In this document: positions 51,825-61,490 of the stretch, piece after piece | How the letters are laid out: every line of letters begins with the position of its first letter | Position numbering within the stretch: the stretch's first letter is position 1 | Source of the DNA: Clostridia bacterium | GTDB lineage: Bacteria > Bacillota > Clostridia > Oscillospirales > CAG-382 | DNA: 64,000 bases | Assembly: GCA_017436675.1 (NCBI GenBank) | Contig: JAFSCS010000042.1 | Span: forward strand, 18,604-82,603 | Reading direction: 5' to 3' | Position numbers and translations under genes: made by a program | The notes under the pieces: model-generated | Databases searched by the model: none | Seen by the model: only the letters and a program-made list of their open reading frames with translations | Told to the model about the DNA's origin: nothing

Positions 51825-54800
51825 ATGTTTTTGGAACATAAAAAGGCATTCAAAGCGATAACGAAACGATATAAAGAAAACGATAACGAAATAATAAACG
51901 AAAACTACTACCTCCTCCAAACGTCCTTCGAGCATCTCGAGAGAGCAAAGCCTCTGAAAAGATACTACCACTTGATCGACCGTGTCGGATACTTCGTCGA
52001 AAACAATAATTTCGACTTCACAAAAGAAAAATATGTCGAATATATGCTCTCGCTTGGGAAAACGATCGAATTGGATAAGTATATCCTCGACGTGATGCCC
52101 TCGCTTATCGTCGCATATCTGCTCATATCAATAACAAAAACCGACGAAAATATCCCGCTTGCCGTCGATATGCTTCGTAAAATAACGAAAACCGACTTCT
52201 CGTCCCTTGAGCCGAGGTTATTCGTCTCCGAGCGCTTTCTCGAAAACGAGGAGAAATATGAATATATGACTCCCGAAACGAAGTCGAGCTATCGCGCCGC
52301 CTTCTCAAAATTTGCAAAAGACCATCATTTGACACATAAAGAAGTCGAGAAAAAGCTGCTTTCTTCAAATAAGACGATCGGCGAGTTGCTTTTCCCCGAA
52401 AAAAACAGTCGGACGTTCTTTGTGTTGAGCACGATACTGTTTTTGCCGTGTATGACGCTCCTCCTGAAATTTATCGGTGGTTTTTCCTTGATACTTGCAC
52501 TTCCGCTTTGGATCGCCGTCGGCGAGATAAGTGACCTGTTTATCTCGAAATATTCAAAAAAACAGCCAACGCTCCGACTTGCCGCCGATAAATGCTCGTC
52601 GATCGGAAAAACACTCGTCGTAACGACCTCGCTCGTCGGCGATAACGATAAGCTTTTTGAAAACGTGGAGCTGTTTTACCTCGCAAATAAGACCGCCCCC
52701 GCATATTTCGGACTGTTGCTCGACCACCCCGACAGTCAAACGCAGGAGGACGAAAAAAGCAAAGAGCATACCGAAAAAGCAAAAAAGAAAATAACGGAGC
52801 TAAACGAAAAATACGGCGAGAGATTTTTCCTTTTTCTCCGTCACCGAGTAAAAAACGACGACGGAAAATATTACGGCTGGGAACGAAAAAGAGGCGCGGT
52901 CACCGAGCTTGTCCGTTTTATCCACGGTGAAAAAACGACCATCTCTCATTTTGTCGGAAGCATCGACGACCTCAAAAAAGTGAAATACCTGTTGACTCTC
53001 GATAGCGACACACTGCTGTCGCTTGAAAGCGTGAACGAGATAGTCGGCACAATGGCACATCCGCGCTATCGTCCGATAATAAAAAACGGGAAGGTCGTAA
53101 AAGGCTATGGAATAATGCAGCCTAAGATGGTACCAACGATCGAAAGCTCAACAAAAACGCCCTTCTCGTCAATGCTGAGCTTCGGTGGCACGGATATCTA
53201 TGAAAGTGCCTCCTACGACCGATATATGCACACCTACGGTGAAGGTGCGTTTTGCGGAAAGGGTATGATCGACGTCGAGCTGTTCTATAAGCTTGTCGAT
53301 CTTCCCGAAGGCTTCGTGCTCAGCCACGATCTGCCCGAGGGCTCAATATTGCGAACACGTTCGCTAAACGACGTGACCTTGTCCGACAGTACCCCGAAAA
53401 ATATGCTTTCCCATTCGACTCGAGCTGCTCGTTGGTGTCGCGGTGATATCCAAAACCTCTGGCTTTGGAATAAGGTCAGCGGTGTCGGGAAGCTAATGAT
53501 GCTTTCGAACGTCGCAAGACTTTTGTGCCCAATACTCGTGACCCTTACGATCATTCTTTCTCTTGTCCACCCATCACCACTCTCCGTCACGCTTTCGTCG
53601 CTGTCGATACTCATCCTACCACAGCTCGTTTCAATACTTTTTACACCGTCTTATTTCGTTCTGCTCTTTAGAAGACGTACCTTTTCAAAAATAACGAAAA
53701 GCTCAATAAAGCAGCTCTGCTTGATCGCTCATAAGGTGCTGTCGCTCAGCTACGTTGCCTACGTCAATATGATCTCGATCCTCCGCTCGCTTGTGCGAAT
53801 GACGATAACGAAGAAAAAGAGACTCGAATGGATAACCGCATCGGAGATAGATAAGAGCGGAAAGGGAGGCTTTTGGTATTTCGTCCAACGAATGCTCTTT
53901 TCGTGCGGTGTAGGCGCAGCCCTCTTCCTGATGGCGAACGACCTTTCGACAAAGCTTCTCGGCATATCTTGGTTTTTGTATCCGCTCGTATCCTACCTCA
54001 GCTCACTTCCCGCAAAACCGCGTCTACCTCAGCGTGACAACTCGGAGCTCAAGGAGGAAATAGCACGAATGTATCGATTTTTTGCCGACAACGTCACCGA
54101 AAAGACCTTCTATCTCCCGCCGGATAACGTATCCTTCTACCCGATGACGCGAGTCGCGATGCGTACCTCGCCGACGAATATCGGACTCTATCTCCTCTCG
54201 ACCGTCTCTGCCGCGTCATTATCGCTGATAAGCGAGGACGAATTGATCACCCGCATCGAAAATACACTTACCACCTTGGAGCACCTCGAAAAATGGAACG
54301 GTCACCTCTATAATTGGTATGACCTCACCGATCTCCATCGCTTGAACGGCTACGTCTCGACCGTCGATTCGGGAAACCTGATAACCTCGCTCGTCGCCGT
54401 GGGCGAAGCTCTCCGTCAGCTCGGACAGATCGACCTTGCCGAGCGTTGCGGCGCCCTCACAAAAGCCGATATGCAAAGCCTCTATAACACAGAACGTGAC
54501 CTTTTTTTCCTCGGCTACGACGTCAATAGCGAAAAACACGGAGATATCTGCTACGATCTCTATATGAGCGAGGCGAGAACGACGAGCTACTTCGCTTGCG
54601 CAACGGGGTCCGTCCCGAAAAAGCATTGGAGAATGCTTTCACGAGTTCCGATCGAAAAGAATGGATATATCGGTATGGCGAGCTGGACGGGTACTGCGTT
54701 CGAATATTTTATGCCTACTCTGTTGCTCCCACACCCCGAAAATACGTTTCTCGAGGAATCACTCATCTTCGCCTACCACCGCCAACGCTCGTATACGCGC

Positions 54801-57800
54801 GGAGGTGTCTACGGTATCTCCGAAAGCGGCTACCACCATTTCGACCACGAAATGAATTACCAATATAAAGCCTTCGGCGTCCCTGCGCTCAGCTTGAAGC
54901 ACTACACCGAGGACGAATACGTTTTTTCACCTTATTCGACCTATCTTATGGCATATCTGAACGAGAGGGCGGCAAAAACCAATCTTTCACGATTGCAACG
55001 CCTCGGCGCATACGGAAAATACGGCTTTTATGAGGCTGTTGATATGAGAAACGGTGGTGCCAAGGTCGTAAGAAGCTATATGTCCCACCACGTCGGAATG
55101 TCGATATGTGCATTGACCGATCTGATAAATGACGGCTATCTCCAAAAGCTTTTTATGAATAATAAAAGTATGAAGTGCGCCCACGAGCTTTTGGAGGAGC
55201 GTATCCCTGACGTCGGAGTATATAAACGCCCCCATCTCGACCATCCGCAAAGGCTCACCTCGTATAGCATTGGGACGAGCATTGACGAAGCCTCTCCCTA
55301 CGATCCGACCGTCCACGCCATCTCCGACGGCGTAATGACGATCGTCGCCACCTCGAACGGCAACGTCAGTCTTCGCCGCGGCGAGCTCATAGTCAACGAA
55401 TGCAACTTTACCCTGCCACTGACCGATAAAACGATCGATTTCGGACTCGGGGAGAAAATATTCATCGAAAAGAGCGAAAATGCGCTCAGCTTGATCTCGG
55501 ACGAAGAATACAAAAGCGTCACCCTCGAGCTGCTCGGAAATTGCTTCCTTTTGAAAATGCTTTCCAAACACTCGAAAAATACACTACAGCTCGACGTCGT
55601 GATCGATCGTGAACGAGACCACCTCTCCCATAGCGCGTTCTCGCGCTTGTTCGTGATAAGCGAGTATGATGAAAAGAATAACGTGCTCTATTTCATAAGG
55701 CGAAGCCGAAAAAGCGAGAAAAACACCTACCTCGCCGTCGCAAGAAAGAACGGCTCACCCTTCAGCTTCAAGATCCGCCGCGACGGAGAATACGGTGAGC
55801 TCGGCGGAACGATATACCCAACTCTTTACGCCGAGGGAAAGCAAGGCGAAAAGGAGACGTCGTTTGTTTTGAGTGTGGCGGAGGATAAAGCAGAGGCTTT
55901 GGAGAATATCCTTCGTGCGAGAAAAACGACCGCTCCGACCGGATCCGTCGACGTCTCACCGCTAACGAGAAGTCTGCTTTCGTCGGTATTGTTCCGCCCT
56001 CTTCGAATCGGAGAGACCGATTTAAAAAGAAACGACCTCTATAAATACGGAATAAGCGGCGACTTTCCAATGGTGCTCTTAAGCCACCCGTCACCATCAA
56101 TATTGCGTGAATATCTGAATTCGTTTTCCGAGCTGATGAGCTTGGGCGTGAGATGTGAGCTGGTGATCACGACCGAGGACGAGGACGAATATACGAGCGA
56201 AAACACAAGACGATGCAAAAATATCGTTTTTTCCCATAAGCTCGATCATCTTCTCTCAAAACGAGGCGGAATATTCATCCTGAAAAACGTTGATGAAAGA
56301 GAATTTGCTTTTCTTTCGCTTTTCAGCACGAACCAAAAGGAGCATCAGGTGACGCTCGAGCAAAAAGCATCATTACGACCGAGCGAGCAGCCGGAGCCTA
56401 AAAACGTATCGTTAAAGACCTTCGGCGGATATTTCAGCGAAAACGGATATACAGTGAATTGCAGAGAGATACAGCATACAAAATGGAGCTTCATCCTCGC
56501 AGGCAGTGCGTTCGGTACAGTCGTCACCCACGATTCTCTCGGCTTTTCTTATTTTTTGAACTCAAAAAACGGTAGATTGACCGACTTTTCGGGCGATATC
56601 TATTCGAACCTCTTCGGCGAACGGCTTGTGTGCATCAAGAACGGTAAACGTATCGATCTGATAAAGACTGCCGTAGCGATGTACGTCACCCCCGACCTTG
56701 TGATATATAGCGGAAGACTCGGCGAAAGTGAATATAAGATCCACGTATCTGTGAGCGAAAAATATCCGATAAAATATATCCGTGTCGTCAGCGAGAGCGA
56801 GATGACGCTCGAATACCTCGCTATTCCGTCCGATAGGGAGAGCACTGTCTCGGAAAACGGAAGCGCCTCGTCATTGATGCAAAAAACCTCGTTTTGCCTC
56901 GGAGCATTCGGTGATAGCGAGTATTCATCAAAAAACGGTGTCGCCGTCAAAACGAAGGGAAGTGATACCGTCCTTTTCCTGATAGGCGGGAAAACAGCGG
57001 AATTCTGTATTTCGCTCCGCTCATCCTTGACGATGGACCAATATCTTCGCGACCAAACCGTCACAAAAACACCGCTTCCGCCGATCAAAATGCACTTCGG
57101 CGCAAAATGGCTCGACGTCTTTGCGAATGCCTTCTTGCCCTACCAAACCGCCGCATCACGATTTCGTGCAAAAAGCGGCTATTTCCAAAGCAGCGGCGCG
57201 TTCGGATACCGCGACCAGCTCCAAGACGTAATGGCGCTCTGCTATGCCGATCCGTCTCTCGCACGAACGCATCTGATCCGTTGCAGCGCAAGACAATATG
57301 AGGACGGAAGCGTCAACCATTGGTTCTTTCCGAATGCCGAGGGCGTGAGGACGAAATGCAGCGACGACTTTATGTATCTTCCCTTCGTCACCGCACACTA
57401 TTTCTCTTTGACAAACGACCGCTCGCTTCTTGAAGTAGTGACCGAATATCTTCGTTCATCACCGCTCGGAAACAAAAGCGAACGCTTTGAGATGCCCGAA
57501 AAAAGCGGAATTAAGGAAAGCGTATACGACCATTGCAAGCGCGCACTGAAGAATAGCTTAAAACGAGGACGCCACGGTCTCCCTCTGCTCGGGAGCTGCG
57601 ATTGGAACGACGGCTTTTCTCACTTTGGCGAAAAGGGACTCGGTGAGAGTGTGTTGAACGCAATGCAGTACGTCTATATCTACGAAAAATTCATCCCCGT
57701 GATGAGAATGATGAATGACAGTGATGCGGACTTTTGGGAAGCGGAAGCGAAAAAGCTGAGAAAAGCGGCTGAAAAATGCTTTGAGAACGATAGGTTCATA

Positions 57801-58535
57801 AGAGCCTACGGCGACAACGGTGAAAAGCTCGGAGTGATCGAATGTGACGAGTGTAAGATCGACTTGACCGTTCAGGCATTCTCCGTGATCGCCGATATCG
57901 GAACGAAGGAGATGCAGAAAAAAGCACTTGATACGATGTGGCGTGAGCTTTTCGATGAAAAAATGATGGTGCTTCGTCTGTTTTCTCCCTCGTTCGTGAA
58001 AAACGATCGCCACGTCGGATATATTCAAGGGTATGTCGACGGCATTCGCGAAAACGGAGGACAATATACCCACGCGGCAGTATGGGGCTTGATCGCTCTC
58101 GCAGAATTCGGGATGATGGATCGGGCGTTAAAGCTTTTGAAGGCACTCTGCCCAAGCTGGCGTCAGAGCGTCGGCGGTGAACTGACCAACGCCTATAAAA
58201 GCGAGCCATACGCACTTTGCGGCGACGTCTATTATTCGCCCAAATTTAAAGGCAGAGGCGGTTGGAGCCACTATACCGGCTCGTCGGGCTGGTACTATCG
58301 CGCAATATTGGAAACGATGATGGGCATAAAGCTTGAAAACGGCTTCAAACGCATCACCGTCGCACCGAAGGTCGAATATGAAGCAAGCCTCTTCGGAAGC
58401 TTGAAAATAATCGCAAAAAAAGGAGAAAACAAAATATTGCTCGACGGAAACGAGACAACGTTTCCGATCGATCTCGACGGAAAGGCTCACAAGCTCGAGA
58501 TCTTCACCGAAAAAATATGCGGAATTGACCGATAA
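51825..58535 (+). CDS. 2236-aa cyclic beta-1,2-glucan synthase-like protein (GT84-type glycosyltransferase, TM region, glucoamylase-like middle domain, GH94-type phosphorylase domain)
   Basis: LTLDSDTLL and RAARWCRGD are GT signature motifs. Multiple TM helices lie at about residues 190-240 and 560-720. TSPTNIGLYLLS marks the middle domain. The C-terminal part has GYRDQLQD, ENGGQYTHAA and GRGGWSHYTGSSGWYYRA. Confidence 0.8.
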   Translation: MFLEHKKAFKAITKRYKENDNEIINENYYLLQTSFEHLERAKPLKRYYHLIDRVGYFVENNNFDFTKEKYVEYMLSLGKTIELDKYILDVMPSLIVAYLLISITKTDENIPLAVDMLRKITKTDFSSLEPRLFVSERFLENEEKYEYMTPETKSSYRAAFSKFAKDHHLTHKEVEKKLLSSNKTIGELLFPEKNSRTFFVLSTILFLPCMTLLLKFIGGFSLILALPLWIAVGEISDLFISKYSKKQPTLRLAADKCSSIGKTLVVTTSLVGDNDKLFENVELFYLANKTAPAYFGLLLDHPDSQTQEDEKSKEHTEKAKKKITELNEKYGERFFLFLRHRVKNDDGKYYGWERKRGAVTELVRFIHGEKTTISHFVGSIDDLKKVKYLLTLDSDTLLSLESVNEIVGTMAHPRYRPIIKNGKVVKGYGIMQPKMVPTIESSTKTPFSSMLSFGGTDIYESASYDRYMHTYGEGAFCGKGMIDVELFYKLVDLPEGFVLSHDLPEGSILRTRSLNDVTLSDSTPKNMLSHSTRAARWCRGDIQNLWLWNKVSGVGKLMMLSNVARLLCPILVTLTIILSLVHPSPLSVTLSSLSILILPQLVSILFTPSYFVLLFRRRTFSKITKSSIKQLCLIAHKVLSLSYVAYVNMISILRSLVRMTITKKKRLEWITASEIDKSGKGGFWYFVQRMLFSCGVGAALFLMANDLSTKLLGISWFLYPLVSYLSSLPAKPRLPQRDNSELKEEIARMYRFFADNVTEKTFYLPPDNVSFYPMTRVAMRTSPTNIGLYLLSTVSAASLSLISEDELITRIENTLTTLEHLEKWNGHLYNWYDLTDLHRLNGYVSTVDSGNLITSLVAVGEALRQLGQIDLAERCGALTKADMQSLYNTERDLFFLGYDVNSEKHGDICYDLYMSEARTTSYFACATGSVPKKHWRMLSRVPIEKNGYIGMASWTGTAFEYFMPTLLLPHPENTFLEESLIFAYHRQRSYTRGGVYGISESGYHHFDHEMNYQYKAFGVPALSLKHYTEDEYVFSPYSTYLMAYLNERAAKTNLSRLQRLGAYGKYGFYEAVDMRNGGAKVVRSYMSHHVGMSICALTDLINDGYLQKLFMNNKSMKCAHELLEERIPDVGVYKRPHLDHPQRLTSYSIGTSIDEASPYDPTVHAISDGVMTIVATSNGNVSLRRGELIVNECNFTLPLTDKTIDFGLGEKIFIEKSENALSLISDEEYKSVTLELLGNCFLLKMLSKHSKNTLQLDVVIDRERDHLSHSAFSRLFVISEYDEKNNVLYFIRRSRKSEKNTYLAVARKNGSPFSFKIRRDGEYGELGGTIYPTLYAEGKQGEKETSFVLSVAEDKAEALENILRARKTTAPTGSVDVSPLTRSLLSSVLFRPLRIGETDLKRNDLYKYGISGDFPMVLLSHPSPSILREYLNSFSELMSLGVRCELVITTEDEDEYTSENTRRCKNIVFSHKLDHLLSKRGGIFILKNVDEREFAFLSLFSTNQKEHQVTLEQKASLRPSEQPEPKNVSLKTFGGYFSENGYTVNCREIQHTKWSFILAGSAFGTVVTHDSLGFSYFLNSKNGRLTDFSGDIYSNLFGERLVCIKNGKRIDLIKTAVAMYVTPDLVIYSGRLGESEYKIHVSVSEKYPIKYIRVVSESEMTLEYLAIPSDRESTVSENGSASSLMQKTSFCLGAFGDSEYSSKNGVAVKTKGSDTVLFLIGGKTAEFCISLRSSLTMDQYLRDQTVTKTPLPPIKMHFGAKWLDVFANAFLPYQTAASRFRAKSGYFQSSGAFGYRDQLQDVMALCYADPSLARTHLIRCSARQYEDGSVNHWFFPNAEGVRTKCSDDFMYLPFVTAHYFSLTNDRSLLEVVTEYLRSSPLGNKSERFEMPEKSGIKESVYDHCKRALKNSLKRGRHGLPLLGSCDWNDGFSHFGEKGLGESVLNAMQYVYIYEKFIPVMRMMNDSDADFWEAEAKKLRKAAEKCFENDRFIRAYGDNGEKLGVIECDECKIDLTVQAFSVIADIGTKEMQKKALDTMWRELFDEKMMVLRLFSPSFVKNDRHVGYIQGYVDGIRENGGQYTHAAVWGLIALAEFGMMDRALKLLKALCPSWRQSVGGELTNAYKSEPYALCGDVYYSPKFKGRGGWSHYTGSSGWYYRAILETMMGIKLENGFKRITVAPKVEYEASLFGSLKIIAKKGENKILLDGNETTFPIDLDGKAHKLEIFTEKICGIDR

Positions 58536-58615
58536 TACTTGATTTTTTCACATTAGTCGTATATAATTATAATGTTATAATATGTGCCGTAAAAACGGAC
58601 GAACGGAGGACGAAC

Positions 58616-59116
58616 GTGGAAAGAAAAAGTAAGATCGACTACTACCTCGATATCGCATTGACCGTTGCGCAAAGAAGCACCTGTCTTCGAAAATGCTATG
58701 GAGCAATAATCGTAAAAAACGATGAGATAATTGCAACGGGCTATAACGGTGCGCCGAGAGGACGAAAAAATTGCACTGACCTCAATTATTGTATAAGAGA
58801 ATCGATGAAGATACCGAGCGGTGAAAGATATGAGCTTTGCCGTTCCGTCCATTCCGAGATGAATGCGATCATCAGCGCGAGCCGTGAATCGATGATCGGA
58901 GCCGACCTCTACCTCGCTTGCTTCGATCCGAAAACGGGAGATGAGATCCTGAACACCTGCTCCTGCTCAATGTGTAAGCGTCATATAATCAACTCCGGAA
59001 TAAAAACAGTATACGTTCGCTCTGAGGGCGGACGTTACATAGCGTATAACGTTGAGGATTGGATAACCAACGACGACAGCTTGACAGGCAACACCAGATA
59101 TATGGAGACAAAATAA
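58616..59116 (+). CDS. comEB: deoxycytidylate (dCMP) deaminase, ComEB-like
   Basis: GTG start. Motifs: VAQRSTCLR..YGAIIV, HSEMNAI, CSCSMCKRHIINSGI. Confidence 0.88.
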   Translation: MERKSKIDYYLDIALTVAQRSTCLRKCYGAIIVKNDEIIATGYNGAPRGRKNCTDLNYCIRESMKIPSGERYELCRSVHSEMNAIISASRESMIGADLYLACFDPKTGDEILNTCSCSMCKRHIINSGIKTVYVRSEGGRYIAYNVEDWITNDDSLTGNTRYMETK

Positions 59117-59118
59117 TA

Positions 59119-59787
59119 ATGAAAAGATCACTAATAGCAATAATACTCCTTTTGTCGCTCTGCCTCTGCGCGTGTGACGAATACGAGGTGCTTCGCAAAA
59201 CAGAGGAGGGTAACCTTTGGAACCGTTCGAGCGGGATAACCTACGTGTCTTGCGGACTCAGCGTAAAGGCGTATTCCGTCGACACGAGCGACGTCTATGC
59301 AAAAGCAGGAAAATCAAAATACTATAAAATACAGTTCGAGGATCCGACCTGCTTCATAACGGAGGAGGATAACGTAATGGGCGGTGTCTATCGTAACTCC
59401 GAGCTGTCACCGATAACCCTTTCGAACTTCAACGCGGTCTCTGCTCATATATACGTAATAGGAACGGTCGAGCTTATCGTTGACCAATTCCTCGCCGCAA
59501 AAAAATATTTCGACGAAGACTATCCGTTCGATGAGAACTACGTCGACGGAACACCATATACCAACGCCGTCGTAGAGGCAATGCTTACGGGTGACAACGT
59601 CCTCGTCCCGACCTACGTCGACGAGGATGAGACGAGACATATCCGTCTTCTTTCTCCCGATTTTCCGGGACTTTCATATACGATAATCTTTATGAAGGAC
59701 ATAAACGGAGATTGCTACCTCTATGACAGAGAAACGAAGGTCTGCGTAATAGCCCCCGAGATCATCGTCGAGAGAATGATCGGATGA
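59119..59787 (+). CDS. lipoprotein, unknown function
   Basis: An internal ATG gives MKRSLIAIILLLSLCLCAC (lipobox). It starts 2 nt after the comEB stop. Confidence 0.72.
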   Translation: MKRSLIAIILLLSLCLCACDEYEVLRKTEEGNLWNRSSGITYVSCGLSVKAYSVDTSDVYAKAGKSKYYKIQFEDPTCFITEEDNVMGGVYRNSELSPITLSNFNAVSAHIYVIGTVELIVDQFLAAKKYFDEDYPFDENYVDGTPYTNAVVEAMLTGDNVLVPTYVDEDETRHIRLLSPDFPGLSYTIIFMKDINGDCYLYDRETKVCVIAPEIIVERMIG

Positions 59788-60215
59788 AGCTGGAATATCT
59801 GAAAAAGAACGATCCGAGGATACCCTCGTGCGCTCTTTTGGAAAAGAAAACGCTCCCAACACCGTGGAGCGAGGAAAGCATCGCCAATATGACGCCGCAG
59901 GGCAGATATATCGTCGCTGACGTGAACGACGAGGTCGTCGGAATATGCTCCTACTACCTCGTTTGCGATGAGCTTGAGCTCGTCAATATAGCCGTCGCCG
60001 ATCGCTTTCGAAAGCAAGGGATAGGAAAAGCGATGATGAGAAAAATGCTTGATGAAAGCTTTTCTGTCTGCTCACTCGAGGTCGAGGAGGACAATAGCTC
60101 AGCGATATCCTTCTACCGATCGCTCGGCTTCAAGGAATCGGGCAAACGTAAAAATTTCTATAAAAATAAAGATGCAATAATAATGATATTGCAAAAGGAA
60201 AACGAAAAATGTTAA
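59784..60215 (+). CDS. rimI: ribosomal-protein-alanine N-acetyltransferase
   Basis: GNAT motif VADRFRKQGIGKAMM plus N..A...Y..LGF. It has 4-nt and 7-nt overlaps with its neighbours and lies upstream of tsaD, as usual. Confidence 0.82.
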   Translation: MKLEYLKKNDPRIPSCALLEKKTLPTPWSEESIANMTPQGRYIVADVNDEVVGICSYYLVCDELELVNIAVADRFRKQGIGKAMMRKMLDESFSVCSLEVEEDNSSAISFYRSLGFKESGKRKNFYKNKDAIIMILQKENEKC

Positions 60216-61231
60216 TTTTGGCAATCGAAAGCTCTTGCGACGAGACCTCCGTCGCCGTAGTACGTGACGGCAGAGAGGTGCTTTCAAACGTAGTCGCATC
60301 ACAGATCGAAATACATAAGCTCTACGGCGGAGTAGTGCCAGAGATCGCATCTCGTGCCCATACCGAAGCGCTCAGCGGATGCACGAGCGAGGCACTCGAA
60401 AAAGCAGAGGTAACACTCGATGATATCGACGCCATCGCCGTAACCAATTGCCCCGGACTCATCGGAGCACTACTGACAGGACTTTCCTTTGCGAAGGGGC
60501 TCGCCTATTCCGCAAAAAAGCCGCTGATCCCCGTCCACCATATCCGAGGCCACGTAGCCGCGAACTACCTCGCATTTCCCGAGCTAAAGCCCCCGTTTAA
60601 TGCACTCGTCGTTTCGGGCGGACATACCTCGATCCTCGGTGTCGATAGCTATACCGATTACAGAACGATCGGATATACACGTGACGACGCCGCAGGCGAA
60701 GCGCTCGACAAGGCTGCGCGAGTTTTGGGAATGCCGTATCCGGGCGGTGCCGCAATGGATAAAATGGCGCTTGAGGGCGATAAAACAAAAATAAAATTTT
60801 CCGTGTCCCACGTTGACGGCGCACCCTACGACTTCTCGTTCTCGGGGCTCAAAACGTCCGTCATCAACCACGTCCATACCCTCGAAATGAAGAATATTGA
60901 GCTGAGTGACGACGTAAAAAAGGATATCGCCGCATCATTTATGAGCGCACTCGTCAAAACCGTTACAACACGCATCGAGGTGCTTTTGGAAAACGAAAAA
61001 CGACCTCTCGTCCTCGCAGGCGGCGTCGCGGCAAGTAAAAATCTTCGTATGGGACTTGAGGAGATATGCAAAAAATACGGTGTCGAGCTCTATCTCCCAC
61101 CGCTGAAATATTGCGGTGATAACGCCGCAATGATCGGCGCACAAGCATATTACGAATACCAAAACGGCAATGTCGCCGACCTTGATCTGAACGCCTTTGC
61201 GACCGCAGCAGCGGATAAATTACCGAAATAA
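60209..61231 (+). CDS. tsaD: tRNA N6-adenosine threonylcarbamoyltransferase
   Basis: Motifs: ILAIESSCDETSVAVV, VPEIASRAH, HIRGH, VSGGHT, GGVAAS, CGDNAAMIG. Confidence 0.96.
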   Translation: MLILAIESSCDETSVAVVRDGREVLSNVVASQIEIHKLYGGVVPEIASRAHTEALSGCTSEALEKAEVTLDDIDAIAVTNCPGLIGALLTGLSFAKGLAYSAKKPLIPVHHIRGHVAANYLAFPELKPPFNALVVSGGHTSILGVDSYTDYRTIGYTRDDAAGEALDKAARVLGMPYPGGAAMDKMALEGDKTKIKFSVSHVDGAPYDFSFSGLKTSVINHVHTLEMKNIELSDDVKKDIAASFMSALVKTVTTRIEVLLENEKRPLVLAGGVAASKNLRMGLEEICKKYGVELYLPPLKYCGDNAAMIGAQAYYEYQNGNVADLDLNAFATAAADKLPK

Positions 61232-61300
61232 ACGAGCCGCTCGTTGACATAATACCACCTCCACTTTACATAATACTTATTAACATTCTGTTGATAACGC

Positions 61301-61406
61301 TGTGGAAAACTTTTCTTTCAAAGCGTGAAACAATAAAAAACCTTGTGAAATCAAGGGTGTGATTGTGGAAAAGTGTGTGGATAATGTGGAAAAGTAGTTT
61401 GGAAAA
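61301..61406. promoter_or_regulatory. cluster of co-oriented DnaA-box-like 9-mers
   Basis: TGTGGAAAA at 61301, 61364 and 61385. TGTGGATAA at 61376, the perfect complement of TTATCCACA. TTTGGAAAA at 61398. Confidence 0.6.
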
Positions 61407-61490
61407 CTTTAGCGGCGAAAAAATAATGCCGAATTATGTAAACTGAATTATATTCAACAAAATGAATAAAACCGACCGAAGTGTCGAGAA

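Noticed and set aside
61290-61490. Chromosomal replication origin (oriC).
   Set aside because: DnaA boxes are present, but there is no dnaA, dnaN or rpmH context, no obvious AT-rich 13-mer-like unwinding element adjacent to the boxes, and no consistent gene-orientation switch around the site. It is reported only as a DnaA-box cluster.
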